Assembly (NCBI RefSeq): GCF_030684315.1
Contig: NC_081362.1
Coordinates: forward strand, 95,649,187-95,713,186
DNA: 64,000 nt
Direction of reading: 5' to 3'
DNA from: Stegostoma tigrinum
Lineage: Eukaryota
Position numbers and translations under genes: made by a program. Below are positions 11,227 through 22,500 of the stretch, one piece after another. The stretch's first letter is position 1; each line of letters begins with the position of its first letter. A model generated the notes under the pieces. It searched no databases, had not been told where the DNA came from, and saw only the letters and a list, made by a program, of their open reading frames with translations.

Positions 11227-12526
11227 TTCTATATTCCAATCTTCATTCTTCAATTGATACCTAATATTGTTACAATTAGCATTCCCTCAATTTAGCACCT
11301 TCATCTGACAACTACACCAATCTTTATCCATCAGTCCCTTAAGGCTTACTGAACTGTGATCACTGTACCCGAGCTGCTCCCCTACTGAGACATCGACCAC
11401 CTGGCCAGGCTCATTCCCAATACTAGGTCCAGTACAGCCCCCTTCCTAGTTCGTCTATCTACATACTTTTACAAGAAGCCCTCCTGGATGCTCCTTACAA
11501 ACTCTGCACATCCGAGCCCCAAGCACTAAGTGAGTCCCAGTCAATATATGGGAAGTTAAAATCACTCACAACAACAGCCCTGTTACTTTTATATCTTGCC
11601 AAAATCTGCCCACATAACTGTTCTTCTATTTCCTGCTGGCTGTTGGGAGGCCTATTGTAAACCCCAAACATCCTTCCTGTTCCTGAGCTCTACCCATGTT
11701 GCCTCGCTGTATGAGCCATCCGAGGTGTCCTCCTGCAGTACTGCTGTGATATCATCCTTAACAAGTAGTGCAGCTCCCCCACCTTTTATATCCCCCGATG
11801 CCACCTGAAACATCTGTATCATGGAACGTTAAGGGGCCAATCCTGTCCCTCCCTTAACCAAATCGCTGTAATAGCAACAACACCGTAGCTCCAAGTACTA
11901 ATCCAAGCTCTAAGCTCAACTGCCTTACCTGTTACACTTCTCACATTGAAACAGATGCACTTCAGTCCACCATATCTGCTTTGTTTCACAACCACACCTT
12001 GCCTCCTCTTCCATTGGATTTTACTGGCCAATTCCCTTGTTCCCTTTTAGTCCATTCACCTTTCCTTTGGTTCCCATCCCCCTGCCGAGATAGTTTAAAT
12101 CCTCCCGAGTGATGCCAGCAAACCGCCCAGCCAGAATATTTGGGCCCCTCCAGTTTAGATGCAACCATCCTTCTTGTACAGGTCACCCCTGCCCTGGAAG
12201 AGATCCCAATGGTCCAGATATCTGAAACTCTCCCTCCTTCACCATCTGTTTCGCCAGGTGTTGAGCTGTTCTATCCTCCTAATTCTACCCCTACTAGCAC
12301 CTGGCACAAGGAGTACTCCTGAGATTACAACCTTGGAAGTCCCTTAACTTTCGACCTAACTCCCTGAACTGCTGCTGCAGAATCTTATCACTCATCCTAC
12401 CTATGTAATTAGTACCTATATGGGCCACAACCTCTGGCTCATCACCCTCTCTCTTCAGAATACTTCCTGCCCATTCAGAGACATCCTGGACCCTGGCACC
12501 AGGGAGACAACATACCATCATATATA

Positions 12527-13515
12527 AGAGATAATGGGAACTGCAGATGCTAGAGAATCCAAGATAACAAAGTGTGGAGCTGGATGAATATAGCAGGCCA
12601 AGCAGCATCTCAGGACCACAAAAGCTGATGTTTCGGGCCTAGACCCTTCATCAGAGAGGGGGATGGGGTGAGGGTTCTGGAATAAATAGGGAGAGAGGGG
12701 GAGGAGGACCGAAGATGGAGAGAAAAGAAGATAGGTGGAGAGGAGAGTATAGGTGGGGAGGTAGGGAGGGGATAGGTCCGTCCAGGGAAGACGGACAGGT
12801 CAAGAAGGTGGGATGAGGTTAGTAGGTAGGAAATGGAGGTGCAGCTTGAGGTGGGAGGAAGGGATGAGTGAGAGGAAGAAAAGGTTGGGGAGGCAGAGAC
12901 AGGCTGGGCTGGTTTTGGGATGCAGTGGGTGGAGGGGACGAACTGGGCTGGTTTTGGGATGCGGTGGGGGAAGGGAAGATTTTGAAGCTGGTGAAGTCCA
13001 CATTGATACCATTGGGCTGCAGGGTTCCCAAGCGGAATATGAGTTGCTGCTCCTGCAACCTTCAGGAGGCATTATTGTGGCACTGCAGGAGGCCCAGGAT
13101 GGATATGTCATCTAAAGAATGGGAGGGGGACTGGAAATGGTTCGCGACTGGGAGGTGCAGTTGTTTATTGCGAACCGACGGAGGTGTTCTGCAAAGCCGG
13201 GTCCCTGGCACTGTGCCATTGGTTTCCCCAATGTAGAGGAAGCCACGCCGGGTACAATGGATACAGTATACCACATTGGCAGATGTGCTGGTGAACCTCT
13301 GCTTAATATGGAAAATCATCTTGGGGCCTGGGATAGAGGTGAGGGAGGAGGTGTGGGGGCAAGTGTAGCATTTCCTGCGGTTGCAGGGGAAGGTGCCGGG
13401 TGTGGTAGGGTTGGAGGGCAGTGTGGAGCGAACAAGGGAGTCATGGAGAGAGTCGTCTCTCCAGAAAGCAGACAAGAGTGGGAATGGAAAAATGTCTTAG
13501 GTGGTGGGGTCAGAA
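12527..13515 (-). mobile_element. Neptune-type Penelope-like element 3' fragment (GIY-YIG region, hammerhead at 12627-12654)
   Basis: ORFs 13062-13475 and 12819-13058 closely match the 6368-8116 C-terminus but are frameshifted. Same 3' tail. Confidence 0.92.
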
Positions 13516-13589
13516 CCACTCATCATAGAGCCACTTATATATCCACAGAAGCGCCAATCTGTCACTTGACAACAGCCCCTCCACAAACC

Positions 13590-14630
13590 ACCTTCTGGAA
13601 GCAGTGACTGCACTGATGCAGATCTTCTCCACGTCAGCCAATCAGCATCACCATCCTGCTGCCCTTTCCAGTCAGTAAGAATAGGTGACATGAAGCTCCT
13701 CCACCATACTCCTCAACTCCGGCACTACACAATGCTGTCTACTCAGCCCCTTCCTATACTTCTTTTCTACTCATGACTGAGCGGCCAAATTCCGCACCAA
13801 CTCCATTGACAAGTTTGCTGATGACACAATTGTTGTAGGTCAGATCTCAAACAATGACGAGACAGTACACAGGAAAGAGATTGAGTGGTTAGTAGCATGG
13901 TGTAAAGGCAGCAATCTCTCTATCAACGTCAGCTAAATGAAGGAGTTGGCCATTGACTTCAGGAAGCGGAATGGAGAGCATGCCCTGTGTGTATCAACGG
14001 TGCTGAAGTGGAGATGGTTGAGAATGTCAAGTTCCTTCGTGTGACGATCACCAACATTCTGTACTGGACCTCCCATGTCAACCCAATGTTCAAGAAAGCA
14101 CATCCTCAGGATACTAAGGATATTCAGCATGTCCACAAGAATATTACCCATTTTTATCGATGCTCCATAGATAGCATTCTATCTGGATGTATCACAGCTA
14201 TGTATGGCAAATGTAGTTCTGAAGACTGCAAGAAAATACAAAGCTATGAACATAGCCCAGACCATCACACAAACCAGCCTTCCATCCATTGACTCCATCT
14301 ATGTACCCTGCTGCCAACATAATCAGAGACCCCTCCCACACCAGCGATACTCTCTTCCACCCACTTCTGTCAGGCAGAAGATAAAGAAGTTCCTATACAG
14401 GTATGAATAGATTCAAGTAACGCTCCTTCCCCACTATTATTGTACTTTTGAATGGAACTCTCAAATATTAATTCTGATTTCTCTCTCCCTCTCTCTGTGC
14501 ATCTTCTCTGTGGTTGTAATAGTGTATTCTGCAATCTGTTCTGCTACCCTGATGCACTCCGTATGGTACGATCTTCCTGTAGAGCACACAAAACAACATG
14601 TTTAACTGTATCTCGGTACATGTGACAAAT
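13590..14630 (+). mobile_element. Rex1/Babar-type non-LTR retrotransposon 3' fragment
   Basis: Decayed LSPFLY..THD, KFADDTIVVG and INGAEVEMVENVKFL..ITN motifs. 3' end TCGGTACATGTGACAAAT. Confidence 0.75.
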
Positions 14631-14631
14631 T

Positions 14632-14945
14632 GGGGCGGCCCAGTGGTTAGCACTGCAGCCTCACAGTGCCAGGGACCCGGGTTTGATTCCAGCCTCGGGC
14701 GACTGTCAGTGAGGAGTTTGCACATTCTCCCCGTGTCTGCGTGGGTTTCCTCCGGGTGCTCCAGTCTCCTCCCACAGTCTCAAAGATGTGCAGGCTAGGT
14801 GGATCGGCCATGCTAAATTGCCCGTAGTGTTCAGGGGTGTGTGGGTTATGGGGGATGGGTCTTGGTGGGATGCTCCAAGGGGCAGTGTGGACTTCTTGGG
14901 CCAAAGGGCCTGTTTCCATACTGTAGGGAATCAAATCTAATCTAA
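14632..14945 (+). mobile_element. HE1-like V-SINE (tRNA-derived)
   Basis: A/B-box head (GTGGTTAGCACTGC...GGTTTGATTCC), V-domain GGAGTTTGCACATTCTCCCCGTGTCTGCGTGGGTTTCCTCCGGGTGCTCC, and CR1-like tail GGGCCAAAGGGCCTGT. Confidence 0.9.
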
Positions 14946-15892
14946 ATAAACCAATCAATTCTGTAAACCTACACTGTACTCCCTCCAAGGCCAATATATC
15001 CTTCCCAAGGTGTGGGACCCAGATCTGCTCACAGTATTCCAAGAGAAGTCCACCCAGCGTTTTTTTTATAACTGCAGCATAACTTCAGCATCCTTGTATT
15101 CCCATCCTCTGGACATAAAGGCCAATATTTTGTTAACTTTCTTGATTATTTTCTGCACCCAGCCACGACAGTCATTCTTCTTCCACTCTGTGAGCTCAGA
15201 CCATCAAACAATAAGATACAGGGGTAGAAACATGTTCCTCTAATTCCATTGTCCTACCTTATCTGTGTGACCTTTGATCCCTTTACTAATGAAAGTCACG
15301 TACATCTCTGTTTTGAAACACTCCATGAATTTGCCCCCACAGCCACTTGCGGCAACATTTCCCACGGATTCACCAGCCTCTGGCTGATAAACCTCCTCCT
15401 CACCTCAGTTTTAAAGGGCCGTCCCTTCACTCTGAGGCTGTGTCCTTGGGTGCTAGTCTTTCCTATTAGTGGAAACATCTTCTCCGCATCCGGTATGTTC
15501 CGGACTCTCAGAGTCCTGCAGGTGTCAATGAGATCCCCCTTCATCCTTCTAAACTCCATCGAGTATCGGCCTAGAACCCTCAACCACTTCTCATATGATA
15601 AACCCTTCATCCCTGGGATCACTCTTGTACACCTGCTCCAGGGCTCCTCCAAGGCCAGCAAATCCTTCCTTTGATACGGTTCCCAAAACTGCTTACAATA
15701 TTTCAACTTCAATATGGCCAGAGGCTTATACAGATTCATCTTTACATTCTAGCTCTCTCGAAATGAATGCTGACTTTGCATTTGCCTTCCCAACTGCCAA
15801 CTGAAATTAAGACAATCCTGAACTAAAACCCCCAAGTCAGCTTTGCACATCAGATTTCTTTCCCCATTCACAAAACAGATGACACCTCTGTT

Positions 15893-17745
15893 CTTGCGAG
15901 TTTTGAGAAGATTTGTAGCTCAGTTTGAGGTTCTGCATGTGAGTTTGCTTGCTGAGCTGGAAGGTTAGTTTTCAGACGTTTCATCACCATTCTAGGTAAC
16001 ATCATCAGTGAGCCTCCGACGAAGCGCTGGTGTTATGTCCCGTTTTCTATTTATCTGGTTAGGTTTCCTTGGGTTGGTGATGTCATTTCCTGCATTGGTG
16101 ATGTCATTTCCTGTTCTTTATTAAACAAGAGAGACTTCCAAAAAATGAAACCTGATGGATCCAACACACCACGCTTCTACGGACTACCAAAAATTCACAA
16201 ACCAGGAGCCCCCCTCAGACCCATAGTGTCGCTACCTGGAACACCAACCTACAGGTTAGCCAAGGAACTACACCAAAGACTAAAACACCTAGTAGAAGAC
16301 TCCCACCACTCCATTCGCTCCACCCAAGAATTCCTGAACACCATCAAAGACACCAAGATAGAAGTGGATGAAATAATGGTCTCGTTTGACATAACAGCCC
16401 TGTTCACATCCATCAACATCAACCTGGCCAAAGAAACACTGACTACAGTATTAGAAGAGCCGAAGACACATACACCAGACACCAGCAACCTCATCAGCAA
16501 GGACAACGTCATCAAGCTAGTGGGCCTATGCCTCACCACCCACTTCACTTTCAATAACAAAACCTACAGACAAACCAACGGTACACCCATGGGATCTCCG
16601 ATATCAGGGTTCTTAGCAGAGGCAGTAACGCAGAGACTCGAACAAACAGCTCTGCCAATCATCCAACCCAAACTTTGGGTCCACTACATATATGACACCT
16701 TTGTCATCACTAAACAAATCAAATTAGAGGAAATCTTCGAGACCATCAATAATACCCTTACTGGCATAACATTCACAAAAGAGGAGGAAAACAACAGCAA
16801 ACTGCCATTCCCAGATGTCACAGTAGAGCGAACAGCCAATGGGTAACTTCATATCAGCGTCTACAGGAAAACAACACATACGGACCAAATACTGAACTAC
16901 AGGACCAACCATCCCAACACCCACAAACGAAGCTGCACTAGAACATTATTCCAACGAGCCACCACACACTGCAGCACAGAGGAACTACGAAGAGCAGAGG
17001 AAAATCACCTATACAGCGTATTCAAAAAGAATGGGTACCCTATGAACACAGTCCGCCGATTCCTCAGCAATAAACCCAAACAAACAGACAAAACGGTCCC
17101 AGAAACCATAACCACTTTCTGCTACATCAAAGACATTTCCGAAATGACTGCCAGACTACTCGGACCCCTTGGCATCAGGGTAGCCCACACACCCACCAAC
17201 ACACTAAAACAGCAGCTAATGAACTTAAAAGACCCGATACAGACAACAAGCAAAACGAATGTCATCTACAAAATACCTTGCAACAACTGTGACAAACACT
17301 ACATTGCACAAACAGGCAGAAAGCTAGCCACCAGGATACGTGAACATCAACTAGCCACAAAACGACATGACCCACTATCACTAGTATCCTTACATACAGA
17401 TGAGGAAGGACACCACTTTGATTGGGACAACACATCCATCCTAGGACAAGCCAAACAGAGACATGCACGAGAATCCCTAGAAGCATGGCATTCCAACCGG
17501 AACTCCATCAACAAACACATTGATTTGGAGCCAATCTACCATCCCCTGAGAAAAAAAACAGGAAATGACATCACCAACGCAGGAAATGACATCACCAACC
17601 CAAGGAAACCTAACCAGATAAATAGAAAGCGGGACATAACACCAGCGCTTCGTCGGAGGCTCACTGATGGTGTTACCTAGAATGGTGACGAAACGTCTGA
17701 AAACGAACCTTCCAGCTCAGCGAGCAAACTCACATCCAGAACCTC
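15893..17745 (+). mobile_element. Penelope/Poseidon-type element, 5'-truncated, with an inverted pseudo-LTR (~15927-16118 vs ~17553-17745)
   Basis: ORFs 16145-16846 (FYGLPKIHK..LRPIVS, SFDITALFT, GTPMGSP) and 17042-17680 (NVIYKIPC..C..HYIAQT..RIREH). No Cys linker. Internal stop and a damaged YVDD (YIYD). Confidence 0.92.
15975..16008 (-). ncRNA. Minimal hammerhead motif in the Poseidon-type pseudo-LTR (partner at 17664-17697 + has core change CTGATGG)
   Basis: - strand CTGATGA-T-GTTACC(TAGAAT)GGTGAT-GAAA-CGTC, flanked by a TCA/TGA helix I. Confidence 0.75.
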
Positions 17746-18149
17746 TATCCTTCCTACTAAAGGAGATAATGTCCAATTTCCCCACATTGTACTCCATCTG
17801 CCCCTTCTTCGTCCACTCTCCCAGACTATCCTCATCCTTCTGCAGCCTCCCCACTTCCTCAACATTATCTGTCCCTCCACCTATCTTTGTGTCATCTGCA
17901 AACTTATTTTGTAATTAAATTTCTCAAAACTTATTTTGCAAACTTGAGAATGTTTTATGATATTTGTGAGCTCCAAGTAAATATAGAGTAAATAGAGTAA
18001 ACATAGAATAAAGTTTCCAGGCAAAGACTTGAAGTCATAATTACCATAAGCCTAACAAAGATTTTTCTTTTGGTCTGAGTAATGTACAAAGCAGTATTTT
18101 TGAGATCTCCAAAGGAGTAATTTGAGATTATACTTTTTTTACATTCTAA

Positions 18150-18622
18150 AAAATTGCAGAGAAGGTTTACAGGGATGATCCCTGGTATGGAGGGATTGTT
18201 TTATGAGCAAGGGCTAAACAGGTTGGGACTCTACTCACTGGAGTTTAGAAGAATGGGAGGTAATCTCATTGAAACTTATAGGATTCTTAAGGGGCTTGAC
18301 AGGGTCAATGCTGAGAGGATGTTTCCTCTCTTGGCAGAGTCTAGAGCGAGAGGGTACAGCCTCAGAATAAAGGGGTAACAAGTTATGACTGGGATTAGGA
18401 GGAATTTCTTCTCTCAGAGGGTTGTAAGTCTTCAGAACTCCTTGCCACAGTGGTCTGTGGCACAGAGTATATTTATGGCTGAGACCGATAGATCCTTGAT
18501 TGGACAGAGAACAAGGGTTGCAGGGAAATGCAGGAAAGTGGACGTGAGATCAATGTCGTATCAGTCGTGATCCTGTCAAGTGGTGGAGCAGGCTTGAGGG
18601 GCCAATTGGCCTATTCCTGTTA
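18150..18622 (+). mobile_element. CR1 3' fragment
   Basis: QRRFTGMIPGMEGLFYE..LGLYSLEFRRM. Confidence 0.85.
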
Positions 18623-18639
18623 TTGTTTGCTTTCAGGCA

Positions 18640-18935
18640 ACCCCCTTATCATGTCTCTAACCTCTCTTCTTTCCTGGCTTATAATCAAACATCACTTTGC
18701 CTGTCTACTTTTCTCTATCTCTCTCTCTCTCTCTCACTCTCTGTGCTCCATCTCCATCTATCTGCTCACTCTTCCATCCCATTCCCCCCCAAAAAATGGC
18801 AACCATTGTGATAAAGTTCACTTTTTTCTCTATGATATTGGCTCTGAAGAAGGGTCACTGGACTTGAACATTAACTCTGCTCTGTCTCCATCTGACGCTG
18901 CCACATCTGCTGAGTTCCTCCAGCAGTTCCTGTTT
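18640..18935 (+). mobile_element. Non-coding Penelope-like 3' remnant with a degenerate hammerhead (~18844-18873)
   Basis: CT-rich stretch, then CTGAAGA-AGGGTC(ACT)GGACTT-GAAC-ATTAAC, then a GCTGC..CTGCTGAG..CCAGCA tail like the other PLE ends. Confidence 0.55.
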
Positions 18936-19528
18936 TTCTTCATCACGACAGATGTCTATCCATGGTGGGCATATTCGTTTCATGCCGTGGGGTTTGCTGA
19001 CAAAACAGCTGCGTGATCCCTTTCAGAAACACCTCTTGGAAGTCCATGTGACATCATCACAGAATGAGAATTAGTCGAGACCAGAACGAGGTCTTTCAGC
19101 CCATTGTTTGAGTCCCAGCTCTCCAAATGAACAATTGACTTTGTACCATTGTCCTGACTTCTCCCTGTGACCCTGCTGCACAGGAAGTTCTTTTCAGCAG
19201 ATAATCCAATTCCATCTTGAAAGCTATGCTCGAATCGTTCTTCACCGCACCTGCAGGAGGGCGTTTCAGATCCTTGGCACTTGTTCCCTGAGATAGCTTC
19301 TGCTTTCTTTACGAATTGGTTAAAATCATTGACCACTTAGTCACAATCCTTTCATGAATAGGAACAGTTTCTCCCTGTTCGATTCTACCCAGATCTCTTG
19401 ATTTTGAAAACACCCTCTCAAATGTTCTTCTCCAAGGTGAATCCTTCCAGCCCTCTCACCTGGTGCTAGCCTAATTCCCCTACCTCCTACAACCAGGTGT
19501 AGCTGCTGCTGGGATATACTCTTTCTTG

Positions 19529-22500
19529 CCACTTTAAAAAGCTTACCTCAAGCGGGAGCAGTCTTCATTTTTGCGAGGAGAGCGAGAGAGCCAGACGGAG
19601 AGAGCACCAGGAAGCTGCCGGGAAGGTAACTTTTTTTTCCCACTTTAAAAAGCTTACCCCGAGCGGGAGCAGTCTTCATTTATTTGGGCAGCAGCTGAAC
19701 CCGAGACACTACGCATGTAGCGTCTCCCACCCGCCCTCCTCCTCTAACCAACAAAAAGACTCGGTGGTGTAGGTAAGGTAAGGCTTTTTCTGTTTCACGT
19801 TTCTTTATATGTATCGTGTGATTGCCAAAAACTTTTTTGGTTCCTTTTTCATTTATCTAAGTTAAGTTTAATAATCTCAGGAGATCTCACACCTGTGTTG
19901 TGCTCGTCTTGCTCAATGTGGGAGCTCAGGGACACGGCTGATGTCCCCGACTCCTTCACGTGTAGGAAGTGTGTCCAGCTGCAGCTCTTGTTAAACCGCA
20001 TGACGGCTCTGGAGCTGCGGATGGACTCACTTTGGAACATACGCAATTCTGAGGAAGTCGTGGATAGCACGTTTGGCAATTTGGTCACACCGCAGATTAG
20101 GATTGCTGAGGGACAAAGCGACCAAAAGGCAGAGGAAGAGCAGGAAGGCCGTGCAGGTGTCCCCTGCAGTCATCTTCCTCCAAAACAGGTATACGGTTTT
20201 GGATACTGTTGGGGGAAATGGCTCACCAGGGGAAGGCAGCAGTAGCCAGGTTCACGGCACCATGGCTGGCTCTGCTGTACGGAGGATGGAAAAAGAGTGG
20301 AAGAGCGATAGTCATTGGGGATTCAGTTGTAAGGGGAGTAGATAGGCGGTTCTGTGGTTGAAAACGGGACTCCCGAATGGTATGTTGCCTGCCAGGTGCA
20401 CGGGTCAGGGATGTCTCCGATCGGCTGCAGAACATTCTGAAGGAGGAGGGTGAACAGCCAGTTGTCGTGGAGCATATAGGGACCAATGATATAGGCAGAA
20501 AACGGGATGAGGTCCTACAAGCAGAATTTAGGGAGTTAGGAGCCAAGTTAAAAAGTAGGACCTCAAAGGTAGTAATCTCAGATTTGCTACCAGTGCCACG
20601 TTCTAGTCAGTGCAGAAATGAAAGAATATCCAGGATGAATGCATGGCTTGAGAGATGGTGTAGGAGGGAGGGGTTCATATTTTTGGGACATTGGAACCGT
20701 TTCTGGGGAAGGTGGGGCTATTACAAATTGGACGGTCTACACCTGAACCGGACTGTAACCAATGTCCTAGGGGGTGCTTTTGCTAATGCTGTGGGGGAGG
20801 GTTTAAACTAATTTAGTTTAAACTAAAGGGGGATGGCAACCAAATGTCCCAAAAATATTGGACAACCAAATATTGGACAGAAAAGAGGTAGTAACGAAAG
20901 CCTGTAGGGAACTAGATAATGGAGTCAGTGTGACTAAAGGGAATAGTTGTCGGGGAGCAGATGAACACAAAGGGACAGGTGGTCTGAGGTGCATTTGTTT
21001 TAATGCGAGAAGTGTAGTAGGTAAGGCAGATGAGCTTAAGGCTTGGATCGGTACCTGGAGGTATGATGTTATTGCTATTACTGAGACTTGGTTGACGGAA
21101 GGGCATGATTGGCAACTAGCTGTCCCAGGATATCGATGCTTCAGGCGGGATAGAGAGGGAGGTAAAAGGGGTGGAGGAGTTGCAGTACTGGTCAAAGACG
21201 ATATCACAGCCGCACTGAAGGAGGGCCCCAGGGAGGACTCAAGCTTTGAGGCAATATGGGTAAAACTCAGAAATAGGAAGGATGCAGTAACAATGTTGGG
21301 GCTGTACTACAGGCCTCCCAACAGTGAGCGTGAGATAGAGGTACAATTATGTAAACAGATATTGGAAAGGTGTAGGAGAAACAGGGTGGTGGTGACGGGA
21401 GATTTTAATTTTCCCAACATTGACTGGGATTCACTCAGTGTTAGGGGTCAAGACGGAGCAGAATTTGTAAGGTGTGTCCAGGAGGGTTTTCTAGAGCAGT
21501 ACGTATGTAGTCCAACTCGGGAAGGGGCCATACTGGACCTGGTGCTGGGGAATGAACCCGGCCAGGTGGTTAATATTACTTTGGAAATAGCGACCACAAT
21601 TCTGTAAGTTTTACAATACTCATGGACAAGGAAAGGAGTGGTCCTAAAGGAAGAGTTTTAAACTGGGGGAAGGCCGACTATACCAAGATTCGGCAGGATC
21701 TGAGGAATGTAGATTGGGAGAAACTGTTTGAAGGTAAATCCACGTTTGATATGTGGGAGGCTTTTAAAGAGAGGTTGATTAGCGTACAGGAGAGACATGT
21801 TCCTGTGAAAATGAGGAATAGAAATGGCAAGATTAGGGAGCCATGGATGACAGGTGAAATTGTGAGACTAGTCAAGAGGAAAAAGGAAGCATACATGAGG
21901 TCTAGGCAACTGAAGACAGACGAAGCTTTGCAAGAATATCTGGAATGTAGAGCGAATCTGAAAAAAGGGATTGAGAGGACATGAAATATTGCTGGCAAGC
22001 ATGGTTAAGAAAATCTCAAAGCCTTTTATTCATATATAAAGAGCAAGAGGGTAACTAGAGAAAGGATTGGCCCACTTAAGGACAAAGAAGGAAAGTTACA
22101 CGCTGAGTCAGAGAAAATGGGTGACATTCTTAACGAGTACTTTGCATCGGTTTTCACCAAGGAGAGGGACATGATGGATGTTGAGGTTAGGGATAGATGT
22201 TTGCTTAGTCTAGGTCAAGTTGACATAAGGAAGGAGGAAGTGTTGGGTATCCTAAAAGACATTAAGGTGGACAAGTCCCCAGGTCTAACATAGAACATAG
22301 AACATTACAGCACAGTACAGGCCCTTTGGCCCTCGATGTTGTGCCGACCTGTCATACCGATCTCAAGCCCATCTCACCTACACTATTCCATGTACGTCCA
22401 TATGCTTATCCAATGACTGCTTAAATGTACCTAAAGTTGGTGAATCTACTACCGTTGCAGGCAAAGCATTCCATTCCCTTACTACTCTCTGAGTAAAGAA

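Larger units (their letters stand above)
5030..12526 (-). mobile_element. Old, near full-length CR1 LINE acting as host for nested insertions (pieces ~5030-5639, 8469-9970, 11230-12526)
   Basis: Colinear decayed motifs on the - strand: ORF1 esterase (MVCCLPGARVQDVSE, HIGTN), EN start (LKCICFNVRS), DKSPGPD, GRSCLTNL, KFADD, and a 3' tail near 5040. Confidence 0.85.
14950..17910 (-). mobile_element. Decayed CR1 3' fragments (14950-15892 and 17746-17910) interrupted by a Penelope-like element
   Basis: ORF 15296-15739 (-) is a CR1 C-terminus. The host sequence resumes after 17745 (ACCTCTGTTCTT / ACCTCTATCCTT, a degenerate TSD). Confidence 0.8.

Noticed and set aside
14632-14700. tRNA gene
   Set aside because: The A/B boxes belong to a SINE head; no complete cloverleaf.
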